Origin: Acidobacteriota bacterium
GTDB lineage: Bacteria; Acidobacteriota; Thermoanaerobaculia; Gp7-AA8
Reading direction: 5' to 3'
Assembly (NCBI GenBank): GCA_019244185.1
Contig: JAFATB010000025.1
Coordinates: forward strand, 256,001 to 320,000
DNA: 64,000 bases
Part shown: positions 9,095-16,970 of the stretch, in pieces
Position numbering within the stretch: the stretch's first letter is position 1
How the letters are laid out: the number at the start of each line of letters is the position of its first letter
Translations under genes and position numbers: made by a program
Notes under the pieces: generated by a model
The model's database searches: none
What the model saw: only the letters and a program-made list of their open reading frames with translations
Told to the model about the DNA's origin: nothing

Positions 9095-10813
9095 TTAGCT
9101 CAGCGTGTCGTCGTCAAGCATCTCTTGCTGGCGGAAGCGGGCGCGGATCAGGTCCGCGGGGCTGACGAAGCCGATCACGCGATCGGAGTCGTCGACGACG
9201 GGGCAGCGATCAATGCTCGCCGCGGACATTCGTGCGAACAGTTCGTACACCGGTTCATCGCCGCGTGCGGCGACGGCGGGGAGCTCCATCAGCTCACCCG
9301 CGGTCGACGCGAGCCGCTCCTCGCGCAATGCGCGCGCGATGGAGTCGCCGGAGAGCAGTCCGAGCAGGCGGCGATCCTCATCGACGATCGGGTAGAAGCG
9401 ATGGCGTGACTCGCGTGTGGCTTCGACGATCTCGGCGATGGTGGTTGTGCGCGAGAACGTGCGCAGGCCTGTGCCCATCAGCTCGCGCACGATGAGGCGG
9501 GCGAGCGGATCGCGCGCGGCGTGCGCCTCGTGGTGGTAGCCCTCGTGTTCGAGTTGATCTTCTTCGAGGGACAGCGGCGCGATCGCGTGGGAGATCGCGT
9601 GCGACAGCGCGACGCCGAGCATGAGCGGGATCATCAGCGCGTAGTCGTTCGTCAGTTCGAGCACGATCAGCACGGCGGCGATCGGCGCGCGCAGCGTCCC
9701 GGCGAAGTACGCGCCCATGCCGACGAGTGCGAATGCGCTGGAGTCGACCGACGCGCCGGCGACGAGCTTCGCCGCGTGGCCGACGAGTGCGCCGAGCGAC
9801 GCGCCGATGAAGAGCGAGGGCGCGAACGTGCCGCCGAGGAGACCCGCAGAGGCGGCGATGAGAAAGCCGAGTGTCTTCGCGCCGAAGGCTTCCGCATCGA
9901 ACAGCAGCGAGCCGCCGCCGCGCACGAGGAGCGAGGTCGTCTCGTAGCCGACGCCGAGCATCGACGGCGTGAAGACACCGATCAAGCCGACGGCGGCGCC
10001 GCCGATACCGAAGCGCAGCGGCACGGAAGGCACGCGCATGCGGAAGCGCTCGCGCAACTGCGCGCCGACGCGCAGCACCGAGCCGGAGACGACGCCCGCG
10101 CTGACGCCGACGAGCGCGAAGACGGCGAGTTCCCACACGTGCGTCCACGACGCGGCGGCCGCGGGCAGGATGCGTTCGTTGTGCGGCGCGAGACCCTGCT
10201 GCACCACGGCCGCTGCGACGGCGGCGATGAGCGTGCCGCCGAGGATGCTGCGGCTCGACGTGCCGAAGAGCTCTTCGAGCGCGAAGACGACGCCGGTGAT
10301 CGGCGTGCGGAAGATCGCCGCGATGCCTGCGGCGGTGCCGACCGGCACCATGCCGCGCAGCACTTTCCTTGGAAATCCAAGTGTTTTCGCGACCCACACC
10401 GAAAGGCCGCTCGTCACGACGATGGTCGGTCCCTCGGGGCCCAGCGGCGCGCCGGAGCCGAGGGAGAGCGGCGTGAGGATGAACGTCGCCGCGATCGTGC
10501 GCGGATCGAGATGCGACACGTCCTCGGCGTAACTGCGCCGCACGCGGGCGAGGTTCGCGCCGAGCGTCGACGGTGCGAAGCGCTGCACGACGTAGCCGAG
10601 GGCCGCGGCGGTGAGACACGGAATCGCGATCAGGAGAACGACGCGCAGCGGGCCGTGCGTCGCGAGCGCATGCGAGAGAAAGAGCCGCCGACTGAGCTCG
10701 ATCCAGCGATGAAAGAGCACAGCGGCCAGTCCCGAGACGAGGCCTGCGGCGATGAAGATGAGCAGCAGAATGCGACGGCTGAGGCGGGTGAGCGGCTGCA
10801 CGACGCGTTGCAT
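9095..10813 (-). CDS. CLC-family anion channel/antiporter with CBS pair
   Basis: GAPLGPEGP, AAIFRTPITGVVFALEEL, GTFAPSLFIGA, C-terminal CBS domains; start uncertain (10813 or 10855). Confidence 0.9.
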   Translation of the reverse strand: MQRVVQPLTRLSRRILLLIFIAAGLVSGLAAVLFHRWIELSRRLFLSHALATHGPLRVVLLIAIPCLTAAALGYVVQRFAPSTLGANLARVRRSYAEDVSHLDPRTIAATFILTPLSLGSGAPLGPEGPTIVVTSGLSVWVAKTLGFPRKVLRGMVPVGTAAGIAAIFRTPITGVVFALEELFGTSSRSILGGTLIAAVAAAVVQQGLAPHNERILPAAAASWTHVWELAVFALVGVSAGVVSGSVLRVGAQLRERFRMRVPSVPLRFGIGGAAVGLIGVFTPSMLGVGYETTSLLVRGGGSLLFDAEAFGAKTLGFLIAASAGLLGGTFAPSLFIGASLGALVGHAAKLVAGASVDSSAFALVGMGAYFAGTLRAPIAAVLIVLELTNDYALMIPLMLGVALSHAISHAIAPLSLEEDQLEHEGYHHEAHAARDPLARLIVRELMGTGLRTFSRTTTIAEIVEATRESRHRFYPIVDEDRRLLGLLSGDSIARALREERLASTAGELMELPAVAARGDEPVYELFARMSAASIDRCPVVDDSDRVIGFVSPADLIRARFRQQEMLDDDTLS

Positions 10814-10853
10814 CGTATCGTTTGGGACACCGTTTGCATTGATTGGGCTCGCC

Positions 10854-11084
10854 ATGATGACGACGATCGGACGTAAGAAACACTCCGGCCGGCAGCGCGG
10901 CAACGTCGACGGCGGCGAGGGACGCGGCGTGCCCCTCGGCGGACGCGACGAGCGTCCCGCCACCGGCTACCGCTCGCTCGAAGACGACGAATACTCCGTC
11001 GTTGACGATCACGTCTCCGCCTGGGACACCATCGAGGAAGAAGAGAGCGCCGACCGCCGGCGCGATCCGCTGCGCAAGCCCTGA
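10854..11084 (+). CDS. small hydrophilic hypothetical protein
   Basis: MMTTIGRKKH...EDDEYSVVDD; fills the gap and follows TGGGACACCGTTTGCA. Confidence 0.55.
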   Translation: MMTTIGRKKHSGRQRGNVDGGEGRGVPLGGRDERPATGYRSLEDDEYSVVDDHVSAWDTIEEEESADRRRDPLRKP

Positions 11085-11093
11085 TCCGCGGCG

Positions 11094-12125
11094 TTACTTC
11101 CGCTTCTTTCCGTCGAGCGCTTTCCCCGCGCGCATCTCCTCCCACGTCCACCCGTCGTCGTGGAGGAGACCGTAGAGAAAGCGCCGCAGGTCGCGCGCGT
11201 CCGCGACCGCGGCGGCGAACGTCGCGTCATCGACCGTCGGCACGTTCGCGTCGCGCAACGTTTGCAGCGGCGGTGGCGGCGGCTCGTCGTGCTCCGGCTC
11301 GACGAACTCCGCGCTGAGCACGTGCGCGAATCCCGCGATCGCGCTGCGCAGAGGCTCGACCACCATCGCCGGCAGCCGCTTGTCCTTCCGCGCGCCCTCC
11401 GCGATGAGGAACACCGTCTCGTGCAGCGCCACGAGCCGCAGCGACGCGGCCGCGCGCTCGTTCTCGCTGTGAAAGTAATGGAGCACGGGATACGCGAGAT
11501 GCTCGTCGGTGAAGGCGTGGATCTGCGACGTGAGCGACAGCAGATGCTCCCGCAGCGAATCGAACTCCTCCCCTGTCCACGCGCGCGCGACGATCGTCTC
11601 CGTCGTGCCGCCGAGGTCGGAGATGTACGCGCCGAGGGAGCGGCGGTGCACGACGGCGGAAAGGACTTCGAGGAGAAAGGCGATGCCGAGCGAGATCGCG
11701 GCGAGGCCGCTGCCGGAACAGATCGCGGTGAGGATGCGCCAGCGCGGACCGTTCGGCGCGATCTCGCCGTTGCCCATCGTGAACATCGTGTAGCCGACGA
11801 AGTAGATGCGGCCGGCGAGATCGGTCGCGACGTGCGAGTCCTTCTCGACGAGCGACGCCGCCTTTGAGGAGTAGATCAGCACCCACCCCAGCCACGTTAT
11901 CGCCACCCAGAAGACGAGCGTCGTGATGAGGATCGTCGAGCCGGCGAACGACAGCAGGCGATGGTTTCTGCGCCGCTTGTGCATCCACAGCGCGGCGCGC
12001 CACAGGCCGGCGTTGAGATGGCGCGTGAGCGGTCCGCCGCCGTGCGTGCCGAGCGTCGTCCAGACGATGTCGACCCACGTCGCGAGCAGCACGACGGCGC
12101 CGAAGAAGACGAGCAGCGGGTGCAT
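11094..12125 (-). CDS. ion channel (potassium channel-like pore domain) protein
   Basis: YFVGYTMFTMGNGEIAP pore helix; YPVLHYFHS motif. Confidence 0.82.
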   Translation of the reverse strand: MHPLLVFFGAVVLLATWVDIVWTTLGTHGGGPLTRHLNAGLWRAALWMHKRRRNHRLLSFAGSTILITTLVFWVAITWLGWVLIYSSKAASLVEKDSHVATDLAGRIYFVGYTMFTMGNGEIAPNGPRWRILTAICSGSGLAAISLGIAFLLEVLSAVVHRRSLGAYISDLGGTTETIVARAWTGEEFDSLREHLLSLTSQIHAFTDEHLAYPVLHYFHSENERAAASLRLVALHETVFLIAEGARKDKRLPAMVVEPLRSAIAGFAHVLSAEFVEPEHDEPPPPPLQTLRDANVPTVDDATFAAAVADARDLRRFLYGLLHDDGWTWEEMRAGKALDGKKRK

Positions 12126-12132
12126 GGCCAAA

Positions 12133-12162
12133 GCAAGACGTGATCCCGGGCACACCTCTTGC
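12133..12162. promoter_or_regulatory. back-to-back sigma54 promoters
   Basis: Plus strand GGCAC-ACCTC-TTGC (12149-12162); minus strand GGATC-ACGTC-TTGC (12146-12133). Confidence 0.65.
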
Positions 12163-12178
12163 GGCGTTCGCTGACTCG

Positions 12179-12793
12179 ATGCGCTACCGCGGACCGAAGG
12201 CGAAAGTGATGCGGCGTTTCGGCGTGCTCATGACCGCGTCGCCGAAATACGCGCGCATCCTCGAGAAGCGTCCGACGCCGCCGGGACAGCACGGCGCGCG
12301 CAAAGGGCGCAAGAAGGTCGGCGCGTACGGCAGCCGTCTCGTCGAGAAGCAGAAGCTCAAGGCGTTCTACGGAGTGGCCGAGCGGCAGATGCGGCGTTAT
12401 GTCGCGGAGGCCATGCGGAAAAAAGGCCCGACCGGCACGAACCTGCTGCAACTCCTCGAACAGCGCCTCGACGCCGTCGTGCATCGCCTCGGCTTCGCGC
12501 CGTCGCTGTGGGCCGCGCGCCAGCTCGTCAGCCACGGCCACGTGCGCGTCGACGGCAAGCGCGTCGACATCCCTTCATACTCGGTGAAGCCGGGACAGGC
12601 CATCACGCTCTCCGAGAAATTCAAACGCAGCCGACAGATGGCCATCTGGTCCGAACGCGGCGGCATCCTTCCCCCGCCCTACCTCGAACTCGACCGCGAC
12701 ACGATGACCGGACGCCTCGTGCGCCTCCCGGAACGCGACGAGATCCCCGTGCCGATCGAAGACCGGTTGATCGTCGAGTTCTATTCGCGCTGA
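12179..12793 (+). CDS. rpsD: 30S ribosomal protein S4, stand-alone cysteine-free copy
   Basis: MRYRGPK, PPGQHG, YGSRLVEKQKLKAFYG, LEQRLDAVVHRLGFA, ARQLVSHGH, IVEFYSR. Confidence 0.96.
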   Translation: MRYRGPKAKVMRRFGVLMTASPKYARILEKRPTPPGQHGARKGRKKVGAYGSRLVEKQKLKAFYGVAERQMRRYVAEAMRKKGPTGTNLLQLLEQRLDAVVHRLGFAPSLWAARQLVSHGHVRVDGKRVDIPSYSVKPGQAITLSEKFKRSRQMAIWSERGGILPPPYLELDRDTMTGRLVRLPERDEIPVPIEDRLIVEFYSR

Positions 12794-12819
12794 TCGGCGC
12801 GGAGTTCTATTCGCGCTGA
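12776..12819 (+). repeat. 18-bp direct repeat of the rpsD 3' end
   Basis: GAGTTCTATTCGCGCTGA at 12776-12793 and 12802-12819. Confidence 0.9.
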
Positions 12820-12876
12820 CCCGCGAATGTCGTATCCTCGCCTCGCCCCAAACCGGTTCGATTGCGAGGTGCCTGC

Positions 12877-13293
12877 ATGTCGTCGTTGCCCTCCGTGAAC
12901 TATCTCTCCGTGCTTGCCGCCGGCGTCGCCATCTTCCTCCTCGGCGGGCTCTGGTACTCGCCGCTGCTCTTCGCGAAGCGCTGGGTCGGGCTCATGGGCA
13001 AGAGCGAAGCGGAGCTCAAGCAGGCGGCGCCCGGGCCGCTGCCGTACGTGATGGTGTTCGTCTGCGGCGTGCTGACCGCGTACGCGCTCGCGATCGTGCT
13101 CAATCACTTCGGACCGGCGACGCTGACGCGCACGCTGCTGATCGCAATCCTCATGTGGATCGGCTTCGCCGGCGCGACGAGCTTCGGCAGCGCGATGTTC
13201 TCCGGCACGCCGCGCCTGCTGTGGCTGATCAACTCCGGCTACAACCTCGTCGCGTTCATCGTCGCCGCGTTGATCCTCGCGTTCTGGCGTTAG
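12877..13293 (+). CDS. DUF1761-like membrane protein
   Basis: NYLSVLAAG, GGLWYSPLLFAKRW, LWLINSGYNLV. Confidence 0.85.
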   Translation: MSSLPSVNYLSVLAAGVAIFLLGGLWYSPLLFAKRWVGLMGKSEAELKQAAPGPLPYVMVFVCGVLTAYALAIVLNHFGPATLTRTLLIAILMWIGFAGATSFGSAMFSGTPRLLWLINSGYNLVAFIVAALILAFWR

Positions 13294-13311
13294 CTCGCGC
13301 GCCGCGTTTCG

Positions 13312-14094
13312 CTAGAACTTCCCCGCCGCGCGTTCCTTCGCCGGCAGGATCTCGAGACACGTCGTCCACCAGCCGCTGAGGATCGTCTCGATGAACGGCT
13401 CGGGCAGATGCTCGCGCTGCATCTCGTCCGCGAGACGGTGATGGTCGTAGGCCACGGGCACGAACTCCACCCGCAGGTTGACACCGTCAACGTCAACGAG
13501 CGCGTACCAGACGTTCGTCCGCCCGTCGTTCGCCGGACGCCCGATCACGCCGGCGTTGATGATGTGGCGATGGTCCGGCAGCGCGCGATACCAGTGCAAC
13601 CCGGTGTGCGTGCAGACGATCGCGTCGGCGGCGAAGTCGCGGCAGAGCTTTTCGAGGAACGGCTCGGGCGACGTCGAGCGCCAGAGGAACTCGTTGATCC
13701 TACGCGGCGATCCGTGCACGAGTAGGAAGCGCAGGCCGCCGGCCTCGAAGCGGATCGTGCGCGGCAACGTGCCCATCCAGTCTTTCAACGCATCGCTCGT
13801 ATGCGCGAACGTGTAGTCGTAGCTGAGCTGCGCGAAGTAGTTGTCGCGCGGATCGGTGTAGCCGCAATGGCAATCGTCCGCGCGCGTCGAGAGCGACTCC
13901 TCGTAGTTACCTTGAATGCCGGCGATGCCGCGCTCGATGAGCAGCTCCGGGACGCGGTCCGGATACGGCCCGAACGCGCCGAGGTCGCCGAGGAAGTACG
14001 TGGCGTCGGCGCCGTGCGCGCGGATGTCGGCGAGCGTCGCGACGAGCGCGTGATAGTTCGAGTACATGCCGCCGATGAACGCGAGCCGCGTCAC
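13312..14094 (-). CDS. calcineurin-like metallophosphoesterase
   Basis: GTG at 14094; GGMYSN, LGDLG, GNYE, VHGSP, THTG; cysteine motif DDCHCGY. Confidence 0.88.
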   Translation of the reverse strand: MTRLAFIGGMYSNYHALVATLADIRAHGADATYFLGDLGAFGPYPDRVPELLIERGIAGIQGNYEESLSTRADDCHCGYTDPRDNYFAQLSYDYTFAHTSDALKDWMGTLPRTIRFEAGGLRFLLVHGSPRRINEFLWRSTSPEPFLEKLCRDFAADAIVCTHTGLHWYRALPDHRHIINAGVIGRPANDGRTNVWYALVDVDGVNLRVEFVPVAYDHHRLADEMQREHLPEPFIETILSGWWTTCLEILPAKERAAGKF

Positions 14095-14516
14095 GCGAGC
14101 CTCTTGTCGAAGACGTGCTGCGTCTTGGTGATCGCGTAGCCGCGGCGTTCGTAGAAGCAGTGCGTCTCCGCGCGGATGATGTTCGAGCGGACGCGAATGC
14201 GCGCGACGCCGCGCTCGCGCGCCCACGATTCCGCCGCGTCGACGAGGTGCGCGCCGATGCAGCGGCCGCGGAGAGCGTCCGCGACGACGAGACCGGTGAT
14301 CTCCGCGAACGTGCCGCTCTCCAGCGTTTCGACGAACGCGAGCTGGATCCAAGCGACGACGCGGTCGTCATGAATCGCGACCAACACGCGCTCGAGTTGC
14401 GATGCGAGGCGCGGGCGCATTTCGTCTTCGCTCGCGGGATAGCCGAGCTCCCCGGCGAGCGATGCGATCGCGGCGGCGTCGTTCATCGTCGCGCGGCGGA
14501 TCGTCACGTCGTGCAT
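14091..14516 (-). CDS. GNAT family N-acetyltransferase
   Basis: IRRATMNDAAAIA, LVVADALRGRCIG, FYERRGY. Confidence 0.88.
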   Translation of the reverse strand: MHDVTIRRATMNDAAAIASLAGELGYPASEDEMRPRLASQLERVLVAIHDDRVVAWIQLAFVETLESGTFAEITGLVVADALRGRCIGAHLVDAAESWARERGVARIRVRSNIIRAETHCFYERRGYAITKTQHVFDKRLA

Positions 14517-15373
14517 GTCACTCCGTCCACCCAGCACGTGTGGCACGCGCCGTAGCGCAGCGGGAACGGGCGCAGCGTCTCCGCGAGCGTCGCGCCCATG
14601 CGCGCCCCCGGCTCGTCGATGAGGATCGGGCAGACGTAGACGCCGCGGCTCGTGACCATGCGGCACGACGAGCATTGCAGCACCTTCGCGTCGTCGCTCG
14701 TCAGCGCGTCGGACGTCAGCCGCTCCCAATCCTCGTACGCGCGCGTCCGCGTCTCCTCCGCGCCGATGCGAAACAGCGGCAGCACTTTCAGGCGCGGACG
14801 CGCGAAGCCGAAGTTGCGAATGAGCTCGAGGAAGCGCGCGCGCCCGTCGCTCGTCGCCACGCCTTCCGCCGCGGTGGTCACGGTGATGGCGGGATTGAGA
14901 CCGGCGTCCACGAGATTGCGCAGGCCGGTCATCACGCGTTCCCACACGCCCGCGCCGCGGATGGCATCGTGCGACGCGGCGTCGAAGCCATCGAGGCTCA
15001 CGCGCAGATCGAGCGAGTACTCGCTCGCGTCGAAGAGCGCGCGCAGCTCGCGGCAGACGTCCGCGCGCAGCAGCATGCCGTTCGTCAGCACCGTCGCGGG
15101 TCCTTGCCTCAGCGTCGCCTCGAGGATCGGCAGCAGCTCGCGATTGAGGAACGGCTCGCCGCCGGTGAAGTAGTACTCGCGCACGCCGAGCACGCGCGCT
15201 TCGGCGAGCAGCGGCTCGACGTCCGCGAGCGTGAGCAGTTCGTGCGCGTGGTTCGTCGGCGAGCAGGAGATGAAGCAGTGCGTGCAGGCGATGTTGCAGA
15301 GCGTGCCCGCGACCTGGAACCAGAGCGTGTCGAGCGCGACGAGCGGAACGTGCGGCGCGTCAGGAGACGGCAT
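14504..15373 (-). CDS. radical SAM protein with cysteine-rich C-terminus (ArsS-like N-terminus)
   Basis: CNIACTHC, FTGGEPF, LTNG, VSLDG; C-terminal CSSC...CPIL...CHTC...C. Confidence 0.9.
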   Translation of the reverse strand: MPSPDAPHVPLVALDTLWFQVAGTLCNIACTHCFISCSPTNHAHELLTLADVEPLLAEARVLGVREYYFTGGEPFLNRELLPILEATLRQGPATVLTNGMLLRADVCRELRALFDASEYSLDLRVSLDGFDAASHDAIRGAGVWERVMTGLRNLVDAGLNPAITVTTAAEGVATSDGRARFLELIRNFGFARPRLKVLPLFRIGAEETRTRAYEDWERLTSDALTSDDAKVLQCSSCRMVTSRGVYVCPILIDEPGARMGATLAETLRPFPLRYGACHTCWVDGVTCTT

Positions 15374-16508
15374 CGAGGATCCTCTCCAGCTGCGCGAAAC
15401 CGGTCTGCAGCAGAAACGTCTTCGAGCGCCCGTAGCCGCGCGAGCCTGCGAAGTAAAAACCCGGCTCGCCGCTTTCGAGATCGCGCGCGGCGACGCTCGG
15501 CACGCTGAGGCAATCGGTGACGTTCGCGATCGCGCGCGCGAGCCGCGCGCCTCCCTCCGTGACCGGCGAGACTTCGGCGGCGATTTCCGTGAGAAACGCG
15601 GCATCCGGACGGTAGCCGGTGAACGCCGCGATCGCGTCGACGTCGACCGCGCGTCCGCCGGTGAGCGTCACCGCGATGCGATCGTCGTGCTGCGCGACGC
15701 GCTCGACCATCGCGCGGCGTTCGACGCGGAGAAACTCCGGCGGCGCCGACGCGAGCTCGTTCGCCCGCTCGACGACCGCACGCCGCTCCGGCAGCGGATC
15801 GTTCACGACTTCCTCGCACGGACGGCGATTCGCGCCGCGCACCGCCCAGACGATGCGCGTCGACGGCGCGGCTTCCGCGAGCGCGCTGAGATGCACGATC
15901 GCATGCGCCGCCGAATGCCCGCCGCCGACGACGAGCACACGCTTTCCGCGCAGAGCATCGCACGCGTCCGCGAGCGCGCCGAGCGTGCGGATCGGTCCGT
16001 GCGCGAGCGTCGGCTCGCCTAGGACCGGCAGGCCGCCGAGGCCGAACGCGCGTGGGATGCGCAGGCCGCCGCTCGCGTCGAGCACGACGTCGGCCTCGAA
16101 GACGGCGTCGTTCGCGCAGACGATGCGGAACAGCCGCTCGGCGCGGAGCGGATGTCCGGCGTAGTCGCCGCGCGTGAGTCCGCGTCGTCCGATGGCGATC
16201 ACCTCGTGGCGTTCGAAGACGCGCCCGTGCAGCGGCTCGCGCGCGGCGAGCGGCGCGAGCACGCGATCCGCGTATTCGGCGCCGGTGAGCAGTGCGTCGC
16301 CGTCGAAGTCGGCATCGAGCAGCTCGCGCATGCGCGGCGTCACGTTCATCGAGAGCGGCGAGAAGAAGCGCGTCGCGCCCCACGTGCGCAGCGACGCGCC
16401 GACCGCGTCGCGCTCGAGCAGCGCAACATCGTGTCCGCGCGCGAGCGCGCCCAGGGCCGCGGCGATGCCGGACGGGCCGCCGCCGATCACGGCGACGCGC
16501 TTCGGCAT
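15360..16508 (-). CDS. FAD/NAD(P)-dependent oxidoreductase
   Basis: VIGGGPSG, WGATRFFSP, VVGGGHSA, TGYRPD, YGRSKTFLLQTG. Confidence 0.88.
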   Translation of the reverse strand: MPKRVAVIGGGPSGIAAALGALARGHDVALLERDAVGASLRTWGATRFFSPLSMNVTPRMRELLDADFDGDALLTGAEYADRVLAPLAAREPLHGRVFERHEVIAIGRRGLTRGDYAGHPLRAERLFRIVCANDAVFEADVVLDASGGLRIPRAFGLGGLPVLGEPTLAHGPIRTLGALADACDALRGKRVLVVGGGHSAAHAIVHLSALAEAAPSTRIVWAVRGANRRPCEEVVNDPLPERRAVVERANELASAPPEFLRVERRAMVERVAQHDDRIAVTLTGGRAVDVDAIAAFTGYRPDAAFLTEIAAEVSPVTEGGARLARAIANVTDCLSVPSVAARDLESGEPGFYFAGSRGYGRSKTFLLQTGFAQLERILDAVS

Positions 16509-16840
16509 CAGCCCTCCCGCCGCGCCAGCGCGTTGCACGACTGCGCCCAGTGCGCGATCGTGCCGCCGCCGCGGATCACCGCCGCGACGCCCACCGCCTC
16601 CGCCATCTCCTCCGGCGCGATGCCGGCGTCGCTGCACGCCGACGAGTACGAGTCGATGCAGTACGGCTCCTGAATCGCGTACGCCACCGCGAGCGCGATC
16701 AGCTTCTTCGTGCGCTCGTCGAGCGCGCCGGGCGCCATGGTCTGCTGATACCAGTTCAGAAACCCGTCCCATCCCTTCGGATTGGCTTTCCCGATTTCGC
16801 CGAAGCGCGCGAGGTCTTCGGAAAGGTAGTAGCTCGGCAT
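16508..16840 (-). CDS. AhpD/CMD-family peroxidase-like protein
   Basis: YYLSEDLARF, GALDERTKKLIALAVA, QEPYCIDSY; GGAGG RBS. Confidence 0.85.
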   Translation of the reverse strand: MPSYYLSEDLARFGEIGKANPKGWDGFLNWYQQTMAPGALDERTKKLIALAVAYAIQEPYCIDSYSSACSDAGIAPEEMAEAVGVAAVIRGGGTIAHWAQSCNALARREG

Positions 16841-16903
16841 TGGATCCTCCGTCGGCGGGCAGTGTACGACGCGCGTGCACCGTCTTCTGCCGCCCGATGG
16901 ACT

Positions 16904-16919
16904 TGGCAAAGCCGTTGCT
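16904..16919 (+). promoter_or_regulatory. sigma54 promoter of the cyanophycin operon
   Basis: TGGCAAAGCCGTTGCT (GG-N10-GC). Confidence 0.7.
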
Positions 16920-16970
16920 CGTCTCGCGCGAGGGAGAACGCCCACACTTTCATCGCGGGTCAAGAATCAC

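Noticed and set aside
14504-14506. Selenocysteine readthrough at the radical SAM TGA
   Set aside because: The stop lies inside the downstream GNAT gene as an ordinary overlap, and no SECIS hairpin was evident
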